A DNA stretch of 64,000 bases, taken from NCBI GenBank assembly GCA_944383905.1, contig CALWRI010000009.1, forward strand, positions 1,339 to 65,338, given 5' to 3'. How positions within the stretch are numbered: position 1 is the stretch's first letter; each line of letters begins with the position of its first letter. The notes beneath the pieces were generated by a model. The model worked only from the letters and a program-made list of their open reading frames with translations. It ran no database searches and was not told where the DNA came from. A program made the position numbers and the translations under genes. This DNA comes from an uncultured Christensenellaceae bacterium. GTDB taxonomy: Bacteria > Bacillota > Clostridia > Christensenellales > UBA3700. Below, in pieces: positions 59,951 to 64,000 of this stretch.

Positions 59951-60637
59951 ATGGGGAAAACGGCTACCGTCAAAAAACCCGTGTCATATTGCTACATGCC
60001 CTACTTTGGCGGGGAAGGCGGGACAAAATTAATCGAGGTCTGGCAGGTGCTGGAAGACGAAGTGCTCGGCGTTTTGTATCCGTGGCAATACGGCCCCGCG
60101 GCACAGACGAGTTCCCGCATAGAAACCCTCAATTTTCTCGCTCTCACGCAATTCGAAGAGGATTCGCAAAGATATCCCGACGTCAGATTCGTTTACAAGA
60201 TAAGCAGCCGCCTTCTCGGGGAAGGCAACGTGCACAGACTTGCGGGAATGCTCAAGGACAATCTGGTCTTGTGTTTCGACATATTCCAGCTTGAAGCGTT
60301 CGGCGACAGGAACAGCCGCATAGGGCTCAATTTTCTGACAAAGAGGGGAGCGCACGTCATGATCGAGGGTATCGAGCGTGCTCCGATGGACGTAATAGCC
60401 AAGTATAATCCCGAGTATTTTCTCTTGGATTACCGCTATTACAATCAGAGCAACTTTTCTCTTCTTTCGATATTCTCCAATATCGCAAATCAGAAGGGCG
60501 TAAAACTCGTGCTCGGCAACGCGGTCAACAAAAACAACGTCGCGCTATTTGAAAAAGAAGGCGTTGCGGCAATAGGCGGCAGCGCATACGCAAAACCGAA
60601 AAAGAAGCTGGAAACGCTTCTCGGGAAAGCAAACTGA
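59951..60637 (+). CDS. Degenerate stand-alone EAL-domain protein
   Basis: Start ATG59951 (RBS AAGGAGG). EAL layout is recognisable (YMPY, IEVW..LEDEVLGVLYP, GAHVMIEG, PEYFLLD, GVKLVLG...GGSAYAKP) but most catalytic residues are replaced. Confidence 0.7.
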   Translation: MGKTATVKKPVSYCYMPYFGGEGGTKLIEVWQVLEDEVLGVLYPWQYGPAAQTSSRIETLNFLALTQFEEDSQRYPDVRFVYKISSRLLGEGNVHRLAGMLKDNLVLCFDIFQLEAFGDRNSRIGLNFLTKRGAHVMIEGIERAPMDVIAKYNPEYFLLDYRYYNQSNFSLLSIFSNIANQKGVKLVLGNAVNKNNVALFEKEGVAAIGGSAYAKPKKKLETLLGKAN

Positions 60638-60714
60638 TACGGCACAAAACCGCCGCAAGGCGGAGACTTAAGGACACAACAAAATCAAATCTAAAAAGAT
60701 AAGGAGAGAAAATT

Positions 60715-61665
60715 ATGAAAAAGAGTTTGGTAATCACAACTATCGCGACCATGCTCGTTATCGTAGTTGCTTTGACCACCGCGACCTTCGCATGGTTCTC
60801 GACCAGCACCGTCAGCACCGTCAACAACAACTTCAACGTGTCACCGAGTGATTCCGCGGTAAGTATTTACAGATGGAAACCCGAACAGGGCGCCACTGCC
60901 GGCGCTTACGAGGCTACGCCTCTGACCGCCAACTGGGCGATCGGTGCGGGCGGCGATTACGAATGGGACTATGCTACGGCAACGACTGAGGGCAGCGCTA
61001 ACGACGCTTATACGCTTCTGATGCCGACAGAAGAGATCCTCGGTACCGAATTTGCCGAAAATACGGGCGATACGGCGGATAAAGACGGCTTGCCCAGCGT
61101 CAACTTCTTCAGAGCGCAGAAAAGCAGCGCCACCCAAGACAAGGTCACCGCGATCAACGTACATCCCGTTGCCGTCAGGTTCCGCCTGATGCCAGGTAAG
61201 AGCGACATGACGATCAGGGCGACGATCACCGTTTCCGTTGCTGCAGGCGCTACTTCAAAAGACTATCTTGCGGCACAGGCGGCGAGAGTGTTGCTCATCG
61301 GCAAGACCGAAGCTACGGCTACCGAAGAAACCCCCAATATAATGATCGCGACCAACTACAAGTATTCCACCAGCAGCGCAATCGCTGTTGACAACGTGTT
61401 GACTTCCGCAAGCTATTCGACGACCAACTATTCCCAGACGCTCACCGGATCCGATCTTATCGGCATCCTCGACACGTCCGTGATAAAGTCCGGTACCACC
61501 GCTGTGAACAGCGCGACTTCTAAGCTTGAGTTCTCCGCTGACCCGACCAACGCACTCGACTGCGTGCTTTACATCTGGTTTGACGGCGGCACGGCAAGCG
61601 ACAGCGCGGCTCTCGGTGCGATATCCGTAAGCGTCGACTTCTCAGAAGTAACCGAAGAGCCCTGA
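60715..61665 (+). CDS. TasA/CalY-like exported protein with a SipW-class signal peptide
   Basis: MKKSLVITTIATMLVIVVALTTATFAWF signal; Thr/Ser/Ala-rich beta-type mature part; C-terminal LYIWFDG motif. Confidence 0.7.
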   Translation: MKKSLVITTIATMLVIVVALTTATFAWFSTSTVSTVNNNFNVSPSDSAVSIYRWKPEQGATAGAYEATPLTANWAIGAGGDYEWDYATATTEGSANDAYTLLMPTEEILGTEFAENTGDTADKDGLPSVNFFRAQKSSATQDKVTAINVHPVAVRFRLMPGKSDMTIRATITVSVAAGATSKDYLAAQAARVLLIGKTEATATEETPNIMIATNYKYSTSSAIAVDNVLTSASYSTTNYSQTLTGSDLIGILDTSVIKSGTTAVNSATSKLEFSADPTNALDCVLYIWFDGGTASDSAALGAISVSVDFSEVTEEP

Positions 61666-61700
61666 TCAGATCGTGATCTGAAAAGTTGAACGATTCAAAC

Positions 61701-61728
61701 CTCACCCCGCTTGCGGGGTGGGGCTTTT
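61701..61728 (+). terminator. Intrinsic terminator
   Basis: CACCCCGC/GCGGGGTG stem followed by GGGCTTTT. Confidence 0.65.
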
Positions 61729-61806
61729 ACGCGCCTGAAAGGGCGTTTTTTGGAAAAAATTGCCGTTTTCAGACCCGTTTTTGGGTCTGTTTTTTTGATT
61801 TTGGTA

Positions 61807-61835
61807 TTGACAGTGCCTGAAGATTATAATATAAT
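61807..61835 (+). promoter_or_regulatory. Consensus SigA promoter
   Basis: TTGACA-17 bp-TATAAT. Confidence 0.8.
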
Positions 61836-61909
61836 ATTTATATATGCGATTGTGCGTATGCGCAACACACGGCGCATAACGCGCAGCAGACTTTGCGTCA
61901 GATAAGGGA

Positions 61910-62743
61910 ATGGGAAAGAGAGAGTTCACAAAGTCCAAACAGGATGAGATCATAAAAAATCAAAAGATCAGGGCGGCGAGCAAAAGGCGCACCGCTACGA
62001 CCGTCATAATCATTTTTCTCTTGTGCGCGCTTCTGCTTACCGGTGCCACCTGGGGCACGATCACCTTTATCGACGCCAACAGTATGAGGATCGTCGTCGA
62101 CAAGAGCAACGTCGGGGAGATATCCATCAGCAAGACTGCGGACTTTTCTTCGCCCACGACCATGCTCAAAATGGACGGACCCGAGGAGATGTCCAACATC
62201 ACTTATGACTGGATACTCAAAGACGAGGTTTTCGGCAAAGAGGGAGATCATCACGGCGACAACTATATCGCATACAGCTTTTTCCTCAAAAACGTCAGTG
62301 ATTCCGACATTCTTTTCAAAAGCTCGATCGTGCTCAACTACGTCTCCAAGGACATTGAGAGGACGGTCAGGATAGTGGTCGTCGAAGATGAAGAAAAGGC
62401 GACCTGTTATGCCGTCACGAGGTCCGACGGTTCGCCGGAATATATAGCGTACGATACGGACGAAAAGGCGACTCAAAAACCGCTGCCGCTCGGCAACAGC
62501 CGTCTCGACGAGCTGCTCGGCACCAACGTGACGACGCCGTTTGTGACCGACGAGCCGGTGGACAGCAACGTCAAGGTCTTTGAGTCTGCGGACGTGTTCC
62601 TCGCTGTGGACGAGGTAAAAAAGTACACCGTTCTGATCTGGATCGAAGGCTCGGACAGCGATTGCATGGACGACGTCATCGGGGCAAAAGTCAATTTTGA
62701 ATACAGCTTCCGCGTCACGCAGGTCGACGCAATAAAACCGTAA
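61910..62743 (+). CDS. Membrane-anchored extracellular protein, apparent structural relative of the TasA-like protein
   Basis: Basic N-terminus, TM helix, YIAYSFFLKN, TVRIVVV and C-terminal LIWIEGSDSDC motif. Confidence 0.65.
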   Translation: MGKREFTKSKQDEIIKNQKIRAASKRRTATTVIIIFLLCALLLTGATWGTITFIDANSMRIVVDKSNVGEISISKTADFSSPTTMLKMDGPEEMSNITYDWILKDEVFGKEGDHHGDNYIAYSFFLKNVSDSDILFKSSIVLNYVSKDIERTVRIVVVEDEEKATCYAVTRSDGSPEYIAYDTDEKATQKPLPLGNSRLDELLGTNVTTPFVTDEPVDSNVKVFESADVFLAVDEVKKYTVLIWIEGSDSDCMDDVIGAKVNFEYSFRVTQVDAIKP

Positions 62744-62758
62744 GGTGAGGGGAAATCT

Positions 62759-64000
62759 ATGGACAACATGTTAAATTTTATCAAAGCGTTTCTGGGGGTT
62801 CTGTGGGGAGGCATAAGTCAGATATTCACCGGGATTTTCGGCGGTATCTTTCAGATGTTCAATTTTCCCGCATACTACGACGCTTTCTGGGTGAATGCCA
62901 ACGGATGGGGCGCGGGAGAGTGGATCCTCGCCGTGCTCATAGCCATTCTCGTCGTCGCCATTCTCGGCGCGCTGATATGGCTGTTGGTCTGGTTTTCCAT
63001 CCGCTTCTTCAAGAGGTTCAGAAAGCCCGTTATAAATCAGGATCTGCTTGACGAGATACACAATCTGAAAAAGCAGATACTCAAAGTCACGCAGGAAAAA
63101 GACAGGATCCTCCGCATGAAGGTCACGGGCGCGGAAGGCGACGCGTTCCTCGAAGGTCTCGAAGCCGAAGAAGGTGAAGAAGGTCAGGGTGAGGACAGCA
63201 AACTCAAAGAAGGAGAGAGCCGATTCTTCAAACTTACCGAAGTCGATCAGATATACGAAAACTACACTCCGCCGGAGTATGACAACGAGATCACCCTTTC
63301 GGAGATATGCGACCGCTTCCGCAACTTTGCGGCAAGCAGACTGCGCCTCTATTACGAACCGCGCATAATCCGTCTTTTCTGGGCGGGTATGTCCACGACG
63401 AGACTTCTGATCCTGCAAGGTATTTCCGGTACAGGTAAAACGTCGCTCGCATACGCGACGGGGCAGTTCCTCGACAACCCGGCGACGATAGCTTCGGTCC
63501 AGCCGTCCTGGCGTGACCGTACCGAGCTTTTCGGATACTTCAACGAATTTACCAAGCGCTTCAACGAGACCGAGGTCCTCAAAAAGATGTACGAAGCGAC
63601 CTGGAACGAGAACATCTACATCACCGTCCTCGACGAAATGAACATTGCGCGTGTCGAGTATTATTTTGCGGAAATGCTTTCTATCCTCGAAATGCCGTCC
63701 CGCGACAACTGGATCGTCGACCTCGTCCCGAGCGGCTGGCCGAACGACCCCAAACACGTCGTCAAAGGAAGATTTACCCTGCCGCAGAATATGTGGTTTA
63801 TCGGCACCGCGAACAACGACGACTCGACCTTCGCGATCTCGGATAAGGTCTACGACCGTGCGATCCCGATCAACATCAATACGAAAGGCGTGCCTTTCGA
63901 CGCTCCCGACACGGACAAACTTTACGTTTCGTTCAAGCACGTCGAAGGTATGTTCAAAAAGGCGCAGGAAGAGCACAAGGTCTCGCAGGAGATCATCGAC
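62759..64000 (+). CDS. Membrane-anchored McrB-family AAA+ GTPase (3' end outside window)
   Basis: Translated by hand: ATG62759 (RBS GAGGGG), open for 414 codons to the window end. TM helix WILAVLIAILVVAILGALIWLLVWF, coiled coil, Walker A GISGTGKT (63419), Walker B VLDEMN (63626), GTANNDD (63803), YDR arginine finger. Confidence 0.85.
   Translation, partial: MDNMLNFIKAFLGVLWGGISQIFTGIFGGIFQMFNFPAYYDAFWVNANGWGAGEWILAVLIAILVVAILGALIWLLVWFSIRFFKRFRKPVINQDLLDEIHNLKKQILKVTQEKDRILRMKVTGAEGDAFLEGLEAEEGEEGQGEDSKLKEGESRFFKLTEVDQIYENYTPPEYDNEITLSEICDRFRNFAASRLRLYYEPRIIRLFWAGMSTTRLLILQGISGTGKTSLAYATGQFLDNPATIASVQPSWRDRTELFGYFNEFTKRFNETEVLKKMYEATWNENIYITVLDEMNIARVEYYFAEMLSILEMPSRDNWIVDLVPSGWPNDPKHVVKGRFTLPQNMWFIGTANNDDSTFAISDKVYDRAIPININTKGVPFDAPDTDKLYVSFKHVEGMFKKAQEEHKVSQEIID

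Noticed and set aside
62759-64000. Calling this a classical McrBC restriction system
   Set aside because: The N-terminus is transmembrane rather than DNA-binding, and no McrC partner is visible inside the window
1-64000. tRNA/rRNA genes, transposases, integrases and prophage genes
   Set aside because: No tRNA T-loop/cloverleaf signatures or recombinase/transposase motifs were seen by eye; tRNAscan-SE and ISEScan would be needed to exclude them formally

Overview
Chromosomal segment of a GC-rich, probably spore-forming Clostridia-class bacterium (spoVT-yabM-yabN, rpsF-ssb-rpsR, serS, leuS, gpmI, upp, metF/metH). Housekeeping blocks are interspersed with many cell-surface lipoproteins (InlB-repeat/BspA-LRR and acidic orphan types), two ECF sigma/anti-sigma loci, an amino-sugar operon ending in an AAC(6')-I-like acetyltransferase, and a cobalamin riboswitch-controlled uptake pair. 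I found no tRNA/rRNA, CRISPR array, transposase or integrase. The most unusual region is the right end (about 59.9-64 kb). It holds a catalytically dead EAL protein, two TasA/CalY-like (SipW-class) exported proteins sharing a C-terminal motif, and a membrane-anchored, coiled-coil McrB-family AAA+ GTPase. That last gene runs off the window and is missing from the supplied ORF track. The second highlight is an ECF sigma, an RsgI-like anti-sigma and an RsgI-like lipoprotein paralog, where an identical bipartite promoter motif precedes both the sigma and the lipoprotein. All family assignments come from motif recognition by eye; no database searches were run.
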